Source: TPA_inf: Saccharomyces
Lineage: Eukaryota
Length of the DNA: 64,000 bases
Assembly (NCBI GenBank): GCA_000146045.2
Contig: BK006936.2
Span: 416,001-480,000, forward strand
Direction of reading: 5' to 3'
Shown here: in pieces, positions 20,714-31,708 of the stretch
Layout of the letters: every line of letters starts with the position of its first letter
How positions within the stretch are numbered: the first letter of the stretch is position 1
The notes under the pieces: generated by a model
Databases searched by the model: none
What the model was told of the DNA's origin: nothing
What the model saw: only the letters and a program-made list of their open reading frames with translations
Translations under genes and position numbers: made by a program

Positions 20714-20950
20714 CTTCTATACACATATAGCCGGTATTATAAAATATATAAATCTATCTTCTTTCAAAAGTTTCTCTGTGCAGTCTGCGTTATATTTTAT
20801 CTTCGGTAGAAAACAAGGTAAATTTCCCTTATTTTTCAACATCATAAAAATGAAAAACAGATATATCTTAAGTAAGATACTTAAGCAGACAAGTTGAATT
20901 GGAGAAATACAAAAGCTGTAAGGTTATCAAAAAGGAAGGCATACAGTATA

Positions 20951-23900
20951 ATGGGGGCACAATTATCACTAGTGGTCCAAGCATCACCTTCCATAGCCAT
21001 TTTTTCATATATCGATGTCTTAGAGGAAGTACACTACGTTTCACAGTTAAACTCATCAAGATTCTTAAAAACATGCAAGGCACTGGACCCTAACGGCGAA
21101 ATTGTTATCAAAGTGTTTATTAAACCAAAAGACCAATATAGCTTACGACCTTTTCTCCAACGTATAAGGGCTCAATCGTTTAAGTTGGGACAACTACCGC
21201 ACGTTTTAAACTACAGTAAATTGATCGAGACAAATAGAGCCGGCTACATGATACGGCAGCACTTAAAAAATAATTTATATGACAGATTGAGTTTGAGACC
21301 TTACTTACAAGACATTGAACTGAAATTCATTGCTTTCCAGTTGTTAAATGCATTAAAGGACATTCATAATCTGAATATTGTCCATGGTGATATAAAGACA
21401 GAAAATATCCTAGTAACAAGTTGGAATTGGTGTATATTGACAGATTTTGCTGCATTTATCAAACCCGTATATTTGCCTGAAGATAATCCAGGTGAATTTT
21501 TATTCTACTTCGACACCTCGAAGAGAAGAACCTGTTATCTAGCCCCGGAGAGGTTTAACTCTAAACTTTACCAAGATGGAAAATCTAACAATGGTAGGCT
21601 AACTAAAGAAATGGACATATTTAGTCTTGGATGTGTTATTGCAGAAATATTTGCTGAAGGAAGACCCATCTTCAACTTATCACAGCTATTCAAATATAAA
21701 AGTAATTCATATGACGTAAACAGGGAATTTCTCATGGAGGAAATGAATTCTACCGATTTAAGGAACTTGGTTCTAGACATGATTCAACTAGATCCATCCA
21801 AAAGACTTTCATGTGATGAACTACTGAATAAATATCGTGGCATTTTCTTCCCCGATTATTTCTACACTTTCATTTATGATTATTTCAGAAATTTGGTTAC
21901 TATGACAACAAGCACACCGATATCAGATAACACTTGCACCAATAGTACCTTGGAAGACAATGTAAAACTTTTAGATGAAACTACGGAAAAAATATACAGA
22001 GATTTTTCCCAAATATGTCATTGTTTGGACTTTCCTTTAATAAAAGACGGGGGTGAGATTGGTTCAGACCCCCCAATTTTGGAATCTTACAAAATAGAGA
22101 TAGAAATTAGTCGGTTTTTAAACACAAACTTATATTTCCCCCAAAATTACCATTTAGTCTTACAGCAGTTTACCAAAGTATCCGAAAAGATAAAATCAGT
22201 TAAAGAGGAATGTGCCTTACTCTTTATCTCTTATTTGTCTCATAGTATAAGAAGTATTGTTTCGACTGCTACGAAACTTAAAAATTTAGAACTATTAGCA
22301 GTATTTGCACAATTCGTTTCTGATGAAAATAAAATTGATCGAGTCGTACCTTATTTCGTATGTTGTTTTGAAGATAGTGACCAGGACGTCCAGGCCCTAT
22401 CTTTGTTAACATTAATCCAGGTACTCACCTCTGTAAGAAAATTGAATCAATTGAACGAGAATATATTTGTGGACTACTTACTTCCGAGACTGAAAAGATT
22501 ACTTATTTCCAATAGGCAGAATACCAATTATTTAAGGATTGTGTTTGCTAATTGTTTGAGCGACTTGGCCATTATCATTAATAGATTTCAAGAATTTACA
22601 TTTGCTCAGCACTGCAATGATAACTCAATGGATAACAACACGGAAATCATGGAAAGCAGTACCAAGTATTCAGCAAAATTGATCCAAAGTGTCGAAGATT
22701 TAACTGTCTCTTTTTTAACAGATAATGATACTTATGTAAAGATGGCACTTTTGCAAAACATTCTTCCACTTTGTAAATTTTTTGGTAGGGAAAGAACAAA
22801 CGATATTATACTGAGTCATTTAATAACCTACCTTAATGATAAGGACCCAGCATTGCGAGTTTCCTTAATTCAAACAATATCCGGAATATCAATTCTTTTG
22901 GGTACCGTTACATTAGAACAGTATATTTTACCATTGTTAATCCAGACCATCACTGATTCGGAAGAATTAGTAGTGATCAGTGTTTTACAAAGCTTAAAAT
23001 CTTTGTTCAAGACTGGGTTGATTAGGAAAAAATATTATATTGATATATCAAAAACAACATCTCCCTTGTTGTTGCATCCTAATAATTGGATAAGACAGTT
23101 TACTTTGATGATAATTATAGAAATTATTAATAAGTTATCAAAAGCCGAAGTGTACTGCATTCTCTATCCAATAATAAGGCCTTTCTTCGAATTTGACGTT
23201 GAGTTCAACTTCAAATCAATGATAAGCTGTTGCAAGCAACCAGTGTCAAGATCGGTTTACAATCTATTGTGTAGTTGGTCTGTTAGAGCGTCAAAATCTT
23301 TATTTTGGAAAAAAATCATCACAAATCATGTAGATTCATTCGGAAATAATAGAATCGAATTTATAACAAAAAATTACTCAAGTAAAAATTATGGATTTAA
23401 TAAAAGAGATACGAAATCAAGTTCCTCGCTGAAGGGTATTAAAACATCATCCACCGTCTATTCACATGACAACAAGGAAATTCCCTTAACTGCTGAAGAC
23501 AGAAATTGGATTGATAAGTTCCACATTATTGGGCTAACAGAAAAAGATATTTGGAAAATTGTGGCTTTGAGGGGTTATGTAATAAGGACAGCGAGAGTTA
23601 TGGCAGCGAACCCTGATTTTCCATATAATAATAGTAATTACCGTCCATTAGTACAGAACTCACCACCTAACCTAAACCTTACGAATATTATGCCAAGAAA
23701 CATTTTCTTTGATGTAGAGTTTGCTGAAGAGTCGACAAGTGAGGGACAAGATTCTAACTTAGAGAACCAACAGATATATAAATATGATGAAAGTGAGAAA
23801 GATAGCAATAAGCTAAATATTAACGGTAGCAAACAGCTATCTACCGTCATGGACATAAATGGATCACTAATATTCAAAAATAAGTCCATTGCCACTACTA

Positions 23901-25315
23901 CTTCTAATTTGAAGAACGTTTTTGTTCAGTTAGAACCAACGTCCTATCACATGCATTCTCCAAATCATGGCTTGAAAGATAATGCAAATGTTAAACCAGA
24001 AAGGAAGGTAGTCGTCAGCAACAGCTATGAAGGCGACGTTGAAAGCATAGAAAAATTCCTATCGACTTTCAAAATTTTACCTCCTCTGAGAGATTATAAG
24101 GAGTTTGGGCCTATTCAAGAGATTGTACGGAGTCCAAACATGGGTAATTTGAGGGGCAAGTTGATAGCTACTTTGATGGAAAACGAACCCAATTCTATTA
24201 CGTCTTCTGCTGTTTCTCCAGGAGAAACACCCTATTTAATAACAGGTTCAGATCAAGGTGTAATCAAGATTTGGAACCTGAAAGAGATTATCGTGGGCGA
24301 GGTTTACTCTTCTTCTTTAACTTATGACTGCTCCTCTACCGTAACTCAGATAACCATGATTCCTAACTTTGACGCGTTTGCCGTTTCCAGTAAAGATGGA
24401 CAAATAATTGTATTAAAGGTTAATCATTACCAACAAGAAAGTGAAGTCAAATTTTTGAATTGCGAATGCATCAGGAAAATTAACTTGAAGAATTTTGGTA
24501 AAAATGAATACGCAGTGAGAATGAGAGCATTTGTGAATGAGGAAAAATCTCTACTAGTAGCATTGACGAATTTGTCAAGGGTTATTATATTTGATATTAG
24601 AACCCTGGAGAGGTTACAAATTATAGAGAATTCTCCAAGGCATGGTGCCGTTTCAAGCATCTGTATCGATGAAGAGTGTTGTGTCCTAATTTTGGGGACG
24701 ACTAGAGGTATTATTGATATATGGGATATCCGTTTCAACGTGCTGATAAGGAGTTGGTCCTTTGGGGACCACGCACCAATCACGCATGTGGAGGTTTGTC
24801 AGTTTTATGGAAAGAATTCTGTAATTGTTGTAGGAGGTAGTTCAAAAACATTTCTAACAATATGGAATTTTGTTAAGGGGCATTGTCAGTATGCTTTCAT
24901 AAATTCTGATGAACAGCCATCTATGGAGCACTTTTTACCAATTGAGAAAGGCTTAGAAGAATTAAATTTTTGTGGAATCAGGTCTTTAAACGCACTAAGC
25001 ACTATCTCAGTATCTAATGATAAAATTCTTCTTACCGATGAAGCAACAAGTTCCATTGTTATGTTTAGCCTAAATGAGCTTTCTTCTTCTAAAGCAGTAA
25101 TAAGTCCTTCAAGATTCAGTGACGTTTTTATTCCTACACAAGTTACGGCAAATCTCACAATGTTATTGAGAAAAATGAAACGTACTAGCACTCATTCAGT
25201 AGATGATTCTCTATATCATCATGATATTATAAATTCTATATCTACATGTGAAGTTGATGAGACACCTTTGCTGGTTGCTTGTGATAACTCAGGGCTTATT
25301 GGAATCTTCCAATAA
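20951..25315 (+). CDS. VPS15: Vps34 PI3-kinase regulatory subunit: N-myristoylated Ser/Thr protein kinase, HEAT repeats, C-terminal WD40 (1454 aa)
   Basis: The supplied ORF was trimmed to the ATG at 20951, giving MGAQLSLV with a myristoylation Gly2. It carries the kinase motifs HGDIKTENILV and DFA, and the C-terminus has WD repeats. Confidence 0.9.
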   Translation: MGAQLSLVVQASPSIAIFSYIDVLEEVHYVSQLNSSRFLKTCKALDPNGEIVIKVFIKPKDQYSLRPFLQRIRAQSFKLGQLPHVLNYSKLIETNRAGYMIRQHLKNNLYDRLSLRPYLQDIELKFIAFQLLNALKDIHNLNIVHGDIKTENILVTSWNWCILTDFAAFIKPVYLPEDNPGEFLFYFDTSKRRTCYLAPERFNSKLYQDGKSNNGRLTKEMDIFSLGCVIAEIFAEGRPIFNLSQLFKYKSNSYDVNREFLMEEMNSTDLRNLVLDMIQLDPSKRLSCDELLNKYRGIFFPDYFYTFIYDYFRNLVTMTTSTPISDNTCTNSTLEDNVKLLDETTEKIYRDFSQICHCLDFPLIKDGGEIGSDPPILESYKIEIEISRFLNTNLYFPQNYHLVLQQFTKVSEKIKSVKEECALLFISYLSHSIRSIVSTATKLKNLELLAVFAQFVSDENKIDRVVPYFVCCFEDSDQDVQALSLLTLIQVLTSVRKLNQLNENIFVDYLLPRLKRLLISNRQNTNYLRIVFANCLSDLAIIINRFQEFTFAQHCNDNSMDNNTEIMESSTKYSAKLIQSVEDLTVSFLTDNDTYVKMALLQNILPLCKFFGRERTNDIILSHLITYLNDKDPALRVSLIQTISGISILLGTVTLEQYILPLLIQTITDSEELVVISVLQSLKSLFKTGLIRKKYYIDISKTTSPLLLHPNNWIRQFTLMIIIEIINKLSKAEVYCILYPIIRPFFEFDVEFNFKSMISCCKQPVSRSVYNLLCSWSVRASKSLFWKKIITNHVDSFGNNRIEFITKNYSSKNYGFNKRDTKSSSSLKGIKTSSTVYSHDNKEIPLTAEDRNWIDKFHIIGLTEKDIWKIVALRGYVIRTARVMAANPDFPYNNSNYRPLVQNSPPNLNLTNIMPRNIFFDVEFAEESTSEGQDSNLENQQIYKYDESEKDSNKLNINGSKQLSTVMDINGSLIFKNKSIATTTSNLKNVFVQLEPTSYHMHSPNHGLKDNANVKPERKVVVSNSYEGDVESIEKFLSTFKILPPLRDYKEFGPIQEIVRSPNMGNLRGKLIATLMENEPNSITSSAVSPGETPYLITGSDQGVIKIWNLKEIIVGEVYSSSLTYDCSSTVTQITMIPNFDAFAVSSKDGQIIVLKVNHYQQESEVKFLNCECIRKINLKNFGKNEYAVRMRAFVNEEKSLLVALTNLSRVIIFDIRTLERLQIIENSPRHGAVSSICIDEECCVLILGTTRGIIDIWDIRFNVLIRSWSFGDHAPITHVEVCQFYGKNSVIVVGGSSKTFLTIWNFVKGHCQYAFINSDEQPSMEHFLPIEKGLEELNFCGIRSLNALSTISVSNDKILLTDEATSSIVMFSLNELSSSKAVISPSRFSDVFIPTQVTANLTMLLRKMKRTSTHSVDDSLYHHDIINSISTCEVDETPLLVACDNSGLIGIFQ

Positions 25316-25514
25316 TTTTTTTTATTTTATTCAGCTTCTTTATTCTAAATGCGTATAAATTTGTATTCACCTTAAACATTTTCGATCATTTAGGAAAGGG
25401 CTTGCAACGCGTTGAAGTACCCTTTTCACGAAAAAAATGGTTGTATACGTAAATAAAGAACAATGTATGGATTATGGTATAGAATAATAGTAGTCACATA
25501 TTGCAGCTAGTTAA

Positions 25515-27590
25515 ATGAGCCAGATCGTTGATTTTGTTGAGGACAAAGATTCAAGAAACGATGCCAGTATTCAGATCATCGATGGACCCTCAAATGTTGA
25601 AATTATCGCTCTCTCGGAATCAATGGATCAAGATGAGTGCAAAAGGGCACATGTAAGCTCTGCAGAGATGATTCCATCATCACCGCAAAGAAAATCTGTT
25701 TCGAATGATGTTGAGAATGTTGACCTAAACAAATCTATCGAACTTTCTGCGCCGTTCTTCCAAGATATCAGTATAAGCAAGCTAGATGACTTTTCTACAA
25801 CAGTAAATTCCATCATAGATTCGTCTCTCAGAAATGAGAATAATGCAAAAGGAAACGCGAAAAAACTTTTGGATGATCTAATAAGTGATGAATGGTCAGC
25901 TGATCTTGAGTCGAGTGGAAAGAAGCACAACAAATCACAATACAATTTGAGGGACATCGCAGAGAAATGGGGAGTACAGTCTTTAAAAAATCCAGAGCCT
26001 ATTGCTGTTGACTGCGAATATAAGACACAAGGAATCGGAAAAACCAATAGTGACATTAGTGATAGTCCGAAATCACAGATAGGAGCAGCTGATATACTGT
26101 TCGATTTTCCACTGTCTCCAGTAAAACATGAGAACCCAACTGAAGAAAAGCACAATTCGATTGCTAATGAAAATTCTTCACCAGATAATAGCCTGAAACC
26201 AGCAGGAAAACAAAATCATGGTGAAGATGGGACATCCATGGCAAAAAGGGTATACAATAAAGGTGAAGACGAGCAAGAACACCTTCCGAAAGGAAAGAAG
26301 AGAACCATAGCGTTATCAAGAACACTAATCAACAGCACCAAACTACCTGATACAGTAGAACTAAATCTTTCTAAATTTCTCGATTCCTCAGATAGTATTA
26401 CTACTGATGTACTTTCAACCCCTGCAAAGGGGTCTAACATAGTAAGGACAGGTAGTCAACCAATCTTTAGCAACGCTAATTGTTTTCAGGAAGCAAAACG
26501 CTCGAAAACATTAACGGCTGAGGATCCCAAATGTACTAAAAATACTGCCAGAGAGGTATCACAACTAGAGAATTATATTGCCTATGGGCAATACTATACT
26601 AGAGAAGACTCAAAAAACAAAATACGACACTTGTTAAAAGAAAACAAAAATGCTTTTAAGCGAGTTAACCAGATATATCGAGATAATATAAAAGCACGCT
26701 CTCAAATGATTATAGAGTTTTCGCCTAGCCTTCTCCAGTTATTTAAAAAAGGAGACAGTGATCTGCAACAACAATTGGCACCAGCAGTTGTGCAATCAAG
26801 CTATAACGATTCTATGCCGCTTTTAAGATTTCTTCGAAAATGTGACAGTATTTACGACTTTAGTAACGATTTCTATTACCCCTGTGATCCCAAAATAGTT
26901 GAAGAAAACGTTTTGATTCTATATTATGATGCGCAAGAATTTTTTGAACAATACACTTCACAAAAGAAAGAATTATATAGGAAGATACGATTTTTCTCAA
27001 AGAATGGAAAACATGTGATTCTTATACTAAGCGATATAAATAAACTCAAAAGAGCTATTTTCCAATTAGAAAATGAAAAGTACAAAGCTAGGGTAGAACA
27101 ACGATTGTCAGGAACAGAAGAAGCTTTAAGACCGAGAAGTAAAAAATCAAGCCAAGTTGGAAAATTAGGGATAAAAAAATTTGATTTAGAGCAACGATTG
27201 CGCTTCATTGATAGAGAATGGCATGTCAAAATACATACTGTAAATTCACATATGGAGTTTATTAATTCTCTGCCGAACCTAGTGTCATTAATTGGAAAAC
27301 AGCGCATGGATCCCGCAATTCGGTATATGAAATATGCTCATTTGAATGTAAAATCCGCTCAGGATAGTACAGAAACGCTAAAGAAAACCTTTCATCAGAT
27401 AGGGAGAATGCCTGAAATGAAGGCGAATAATGTCGTGAGCCTATACCCCAGTTTTCAATCATTACTTGAAGATATTGAAAAGGGAAGACTGCAATCAGAC
27501 AACGAAGGTAAATACTTGATGACTGAGGCAGTAGAAAAAAGATTGTACAAACTGTTTACTTGTACTGATCCAAATGATACTATTGAATGA
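25515..27590 (+). CDS. MMS4: Structure-specific endonuclease subunit (Mus81 partner), 691 aa
   Basis: The length and position after VPS15 fit MMS4. It has an acidic/Ser-rich N-terminal half and a conserved C-terminal ERCC4-like, Eme1-type region. Confidence 0.8.
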   Translation: MSQIVDFVEDKDSRNDASIQIIDGPSNVEIIALSESMDQDECKRAHVSSAEMIPSSPQRKSVSNDVENVDLNKSIELSAPFFQDISISKLDDFSTTVNSIIDSSLRNENNAKGNAKKLLDDLISDEWSADLESSGKKHNKSQYNLRDIAEKWGVQSLKNPEPIAVDCEYKTQGIGKTNSDISDSPKSQIGAADILFDFPLSPVKHENPTEEKHNSIANENSSPDNSLKPAGKQNHGEDGTSMAKRVYNKGEDEQEHLPKGKKRTIALSRTLINSTKLPDTVELNLSKFLDSSDSITTDVLSTPAKGSNIVRTGSQPIFSNANCFQEAKRSKTLTAEDPKCTKNTAREVSQLENYIAYGQYYTREDSKNKIRHLLKENKNAFKRVNQIYRDNIKARSQMIIEFSPSLLQLFKKGDSDLQQQLAPAVVQSSYNDSMPLLRFLRKCDSIYDFSNDFYYPCDPKIVEENVLILYYDAQEFFEQYTSQKKELYRKIRFFSKNGKHVILILSDINKLKRAIFQLENEKYKARVEQRLSGTEEALRPRSKKSSQVGKLGIKKFDLEQRLRFIDREWHVKIHTVNSHMEFINSLPNLVSLIGKQRMDPAIRYMKYAHLNVKSAQDSTETLKKTFHQIGRMPEMKANNVVSLYPSFQSLLEDIEKGRLQSDNEGKYLMTEAVEKRLYKLFTCTDPNDTIE

Positions 27591-27820
27591 TGATCGAACG
27601 AAACTTTGTATATAAGAACATACCTTAAGGCAGTCGTTTTGAAAATCACTGCAGCTCTATTTCCCCCTCCTTACCTTTTTAATGAATTCCATTTTACAGA
27701 AAGTACTATTGATAAATATTCGTAATAAAATAAAACAGTGTTAATAATAAATGTTCGAGATTCCGGTTAAAGATAATATGAAATGGTGAATGTAATATCA
27801 TTTTATTTCTACGGACGTAA

Positions 27821-28693
27821 TCATAATACATACTTTACGGCTAAATAATCGTCTTCATTAAGTCTGTCCTTTAGAGGCTCGATATGTTTGTAACCTTCGT
27901 TCAATTTGTGCAATTCCTGTTCATTAAATTTTATTCCGGAAGATATCAGGTGAGAGAGAAAAGACAGAACTCTATCTATGATGTTCAAGTTACTCTCGTC
28001 AGACAAGCACTCAATCGTACTTTCAATTACTCCATCCTTTCTCAGCACACTGATTATATTTTCATCAATCTTAACAGATGACAAATATGCGGTCAATAAG
28101 GCAATGGCTCTCATTTTCAGTTTTGGTTTGGCGGTGTTATCACTTAATACAGGTGCTATGCAGTCGAGCCCATTTAATTTGAAAAACTTTTCTGAGATAT
28201 CTTTGTGGTTTCTTATTAGATTAGATAGTGCGTAAAAAGCTTTTGTTCTCACGTCGAGTGGCTTTGTCTTGTCACTAGCTATTTCGATAAGGCTTCGCAG
28301 ACCATTGTCGTATTTCATGAAATTATTTTGCGAATCCAAGTTGTTTTGCACAGCCGTTCCAATAATGGATAAAGCAGCAGCACGTAGTTCTTCATCCTTC
28401 GTCTGAACAAGAACATCCAACAATGGCTCCCACAGTTTTAAATTTTCGATATTATTAGCATTATCTAAGTTCTCAATCAACATTTCAAAGTTGTCAAATG
28501 CAACGAGTTTTGTTTCTAAGTCAACCTCCGGATTCATAATAACAGCCATGGATTCTTTCATTAAGGTTGGATCGTCAGGACCACCACCACCGAATAACTG
28601 CTGTAGCAATTTAGGATCAGGTTGGCCGGCCCTAGCCATAGCTTCTTTGTCCCCTTGAGAATTCGCAATAGACCACTGTAATAGCTTTTCCAT
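27821..28693 (-). CDS. FES1: Hsp70 nucleotide exchange factor, armadillo-repeat protein (290 aa)
   Basis: The 290-aa ORF begins MEKLLQWSIANSQGDKEAMARAG and has ARM-like helical repeats. Confidence 0.85.
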   Translation of the reverse strand: MEKLLQWSIANSQGDKEAMARAGQPDPKLLQQLFGGGGPDDPTLMKESMAVIMNPEVDLETKLVAFDNFEMLIENLDNANNIENLKLWEPLLDVLVQTKDEELRAAALSIIGTAVQNNLDSQNNFMKYDNGLRSLIEIASDKTKPLDVRTKAFYALSNLIRNHKDISEKFFKLNGLDCIAPVLSDNTAKPKLKMRAIALLTAYLSSVKIDENIISVLRKDGVIESTIECLSDESNLNIIDRVLSFLSHLISSGIKFNEQELHKLNEGYKHIEPLKDRLNEDDYLAVKYVL

Positions 28694-29061
28694 AGTTATG
28701 TATGTGTTTTTTTTTCTATTTTACTCTTTCGTTGAAAGGTAATGGCTTTCTGACTGACGATGAGTGCTCTTTTAGATATAGCCAATCGCTGGTTTATAAG
28801 CAAATTTCTGTCAGCGCGAGATGCCTTCCTCTTTTCTAACCTCCAAAAAACTTCCAGAAGATTCCAGTCCAAGAGGTATATCATTTCAAACGAATAAGCT
28901 GATTACAACCTTAATAGGGCCCAACTTGACCAACCAGTAGCTGAAAAGCTTACCTACAAAATAGGAAATAGGTTAGTACACTGTCGACAGCAGTGGTATA
29001 AGTATATACCCTACCTACACATCATATATATTGAAGTGAGGTTTATTTTCTGTGATCTTGT

Positions 29062-31323
29062 TTAGCGAATTTTATCACTGTTCTTTTTGATAAACTCGTC
29101 CAATTTGTAGACAAAATCCAAACCTACGGCCTTCAATCCATCTATCTGTTTTCTGGATGACTTAATGGACCCTGGGGATAACATTTCATCATTCAGTAAT
29201 TGCTTGTCTATCAATTTGAAGTGATTATCCACTTCGTCGCTACACCAATCTACTAGGATGGAAGAAATCTTAGCCCCGAGTTCTTTGAAAATATCCTGGA
29301 AGTCCTCCACTGTTTTTTTAATGGTTTGGAACCTGATAACAGCCAATTGAGTCAAATAGTTCGTAGGATTGTCCACTGATCCAATCTGTAGAATCAAATC
29401 TTGAATGAAATTAGATCTATTCTGTAAGAATAGGTCAAGAGCTTGCTCTGGTAATCCTAACTTAATCATATTTTCAGTACCGCTTTTCAAATGCACTATT
29501 TCATTCGATGATAAAATGCTCTGAGAAAGTTTGCTAGAAATGGCCTCTCTTCTTTGTTCGATTTTTAAAGATATCAGGTTAAGTAACATTAACTCTTCAT
29601 CAGAAATTCTTTCAGAAAGATCCTCCAATTGTGATTCAATATCCAATAATGTTTCCACGGCACTTTCAAACCTAAGCCTAGCTAATTCAATATCTATCTC
29701 TTCCACGCCTTCATCCAGGAATTTAAGCCTCTGGGCGGTTGAACTCATATCTCTGGACCTTGGCCTCGAATGCATTGATAGAGTTAGGTTCTGCAAAAGA
29801 TATTGATCCATTGCGCCTGTTACATTTCGGCCAGGAGTGATTGAACCCCCCATACTACGTCTTTTGTTTTTGTTAGGGCTTCTGTTGTTTTCTCTACCTG
29901 GGGTTTGTTGCGTAGATTGCAAATATCTAAAGGACTCTCTAATACGTTTAGAGTTCTCCTCTTCTACATGGAATATGTCGCACAAATCATCCTTAGCCTT
30001 TCTTATAACGTCCAACAACCTAGAGCATTCGTCTGCGTCTCTACATTCATACAAACTTGAATTCGAATTGCTAAACTTGAAAAGTAGCCTCTTAGTGGAA
30101 AATTCCTCTTGCGTGACAGTGACATCCTTTAAAGGATAGCACTGGCTTACTATAAAGTCATTTTGCTTATCTCTTGATTTATCGGCGATAAGTACCAAAT
30201 CATTCAAAATGAAAATCTGTACCATCTGCAAGGGTTTACCAGTGGTAGTATTTAATTCCATCCAATTGGCACTATTCATTAAAATATGTCTTCCTTTCGT
30301 AGAATTGATAAACTTCTGAGCACCTTCAACGTTCTTAAACAGCTGATCCAGTTCCGTATCCCAAAATTTCTCTAATATCAAGACGCTCGATCTGTCCCTC
30401 CTCATGAGATTCCCATTTTGTCCTGCTTTCAAAGGCGGAAGTAACGCTGGACTATTAGAATGACTTTCAACATTGTTAAAATTGCCTTGTCTCTCTTGAT
30501 CTATTTGATCCTGCAATTGTAACCTTTTTTCAGCTATTTTGGTGCACTGATCCAAAACCTCGTTTAAATCATTTATATTTGCTCTAACCCTTTTAAGCTC
30601 CAACATAGCAACATTTAGGTCGTTGTTTACCGTCATGATTTCGTTATATGATTTATTGATATTTAACTTTACTTCTTCTTGGACCTGTATCGATAAATCT
30701 GTTAAATTTGAGGTAAATTTATCAATAGTAATGGCACTCGCATTGCCTAGTTTATCATGAACAAAATCTTTAGCATTAAAATGCGGGTTTGCCAACATCT
30801 TTCTTAGCGACGTGCTATTATTGAAAGGATCATTACTGCCGGAAGGATTGACAGTATTTCGCATTGCTGATCTAGCAGGCACCTTATTATAGGAGCTGTC
30901 GTTCAGGGAGAGATCGGCAGTTGAAAGATTTAAACTGTTGGAAGGGCCTTTAGAGCTTACCGATTCGTTCTCAGTGGTGAAACTACTATTATTATGACTA
31001 CTATCCACATTATCATTGGGAACTATCATGTTTGGCATATCAGGTAGGGGCATTGAGTAATCTAGTGTAGGTGGAGCATAATTTGTATTATGAATTGATA
31101 GTCTTCTCTGCATTGAAGTTGCTACCCTACTTCTCTCCCTTGCATTGATTGTTGGTAGCGTATAACTGGTAGCCGGATCCTTGAGATCACTATAAGGGTT
31201 CTTTTTTGTTTTTTGTTTAGGCTTAGCAGGCGATGGAGGTGTCTTTTGCTTAGCAGGAGAGCTTGCAGACTTCTTTACATGCTTCCAATTGTTTCTGGCC
31301 TTCTTCAAAGAAAACTCAACCAT
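29062..31323 (-). CDS. EXO84: Exocyst complex subunit (753 aa)
   Basis: The supplied ORF begins at a GTG. The true ATG at 31323 gives [14 protein letters not shown]. Coiled-coil regions and the position fit EXO84. Confidence 0.85.
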
Positions 31324-31708
31324 TTTCACAGTACAAATATTTCAACTTTCAGTCTCTTACCTGGTCTAATATGAAGGCTTTTTGTTCATTCGGCTTTGCT
31401 CAAGGTCTTACAAATATACTATTAACTGCAGTCTCTAGTCTCTTTTTCCAGTCATCTATTTTCATGGAGCGGAACTTAGCAAACGAGAAATAAACAAAAA
31501 TGATTAGGAATGTATTCATGTTGAAAAGGTTATGAGATATGCAAGACCATTCGTTTTGATTTGCAATTAGTGAGAACAATTTAAACACCTTGGTGCGAAA
31601 TTGAAGGTTTTTTTTTCCAAAGAAGTGTACAGCCCACACTAACAACTGCTAACTCAGATAAAAATAACAGAAACAAAAAAAAGGTAGGGAAGGCCCATCA
31701 CACGGAAA

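Noticed and set aside
26924-27307. 127-aa minus-strand ORF inside MMS4 (YBR099C-like), plus other small antisense ORFs in MMS4 at 25628-26155 and 26216-26440
   Set aside because: They are antisense to a well-supported gene. They show no conserved motifs and are hydrophobic and low-complexity. I judged them chance ORFs.
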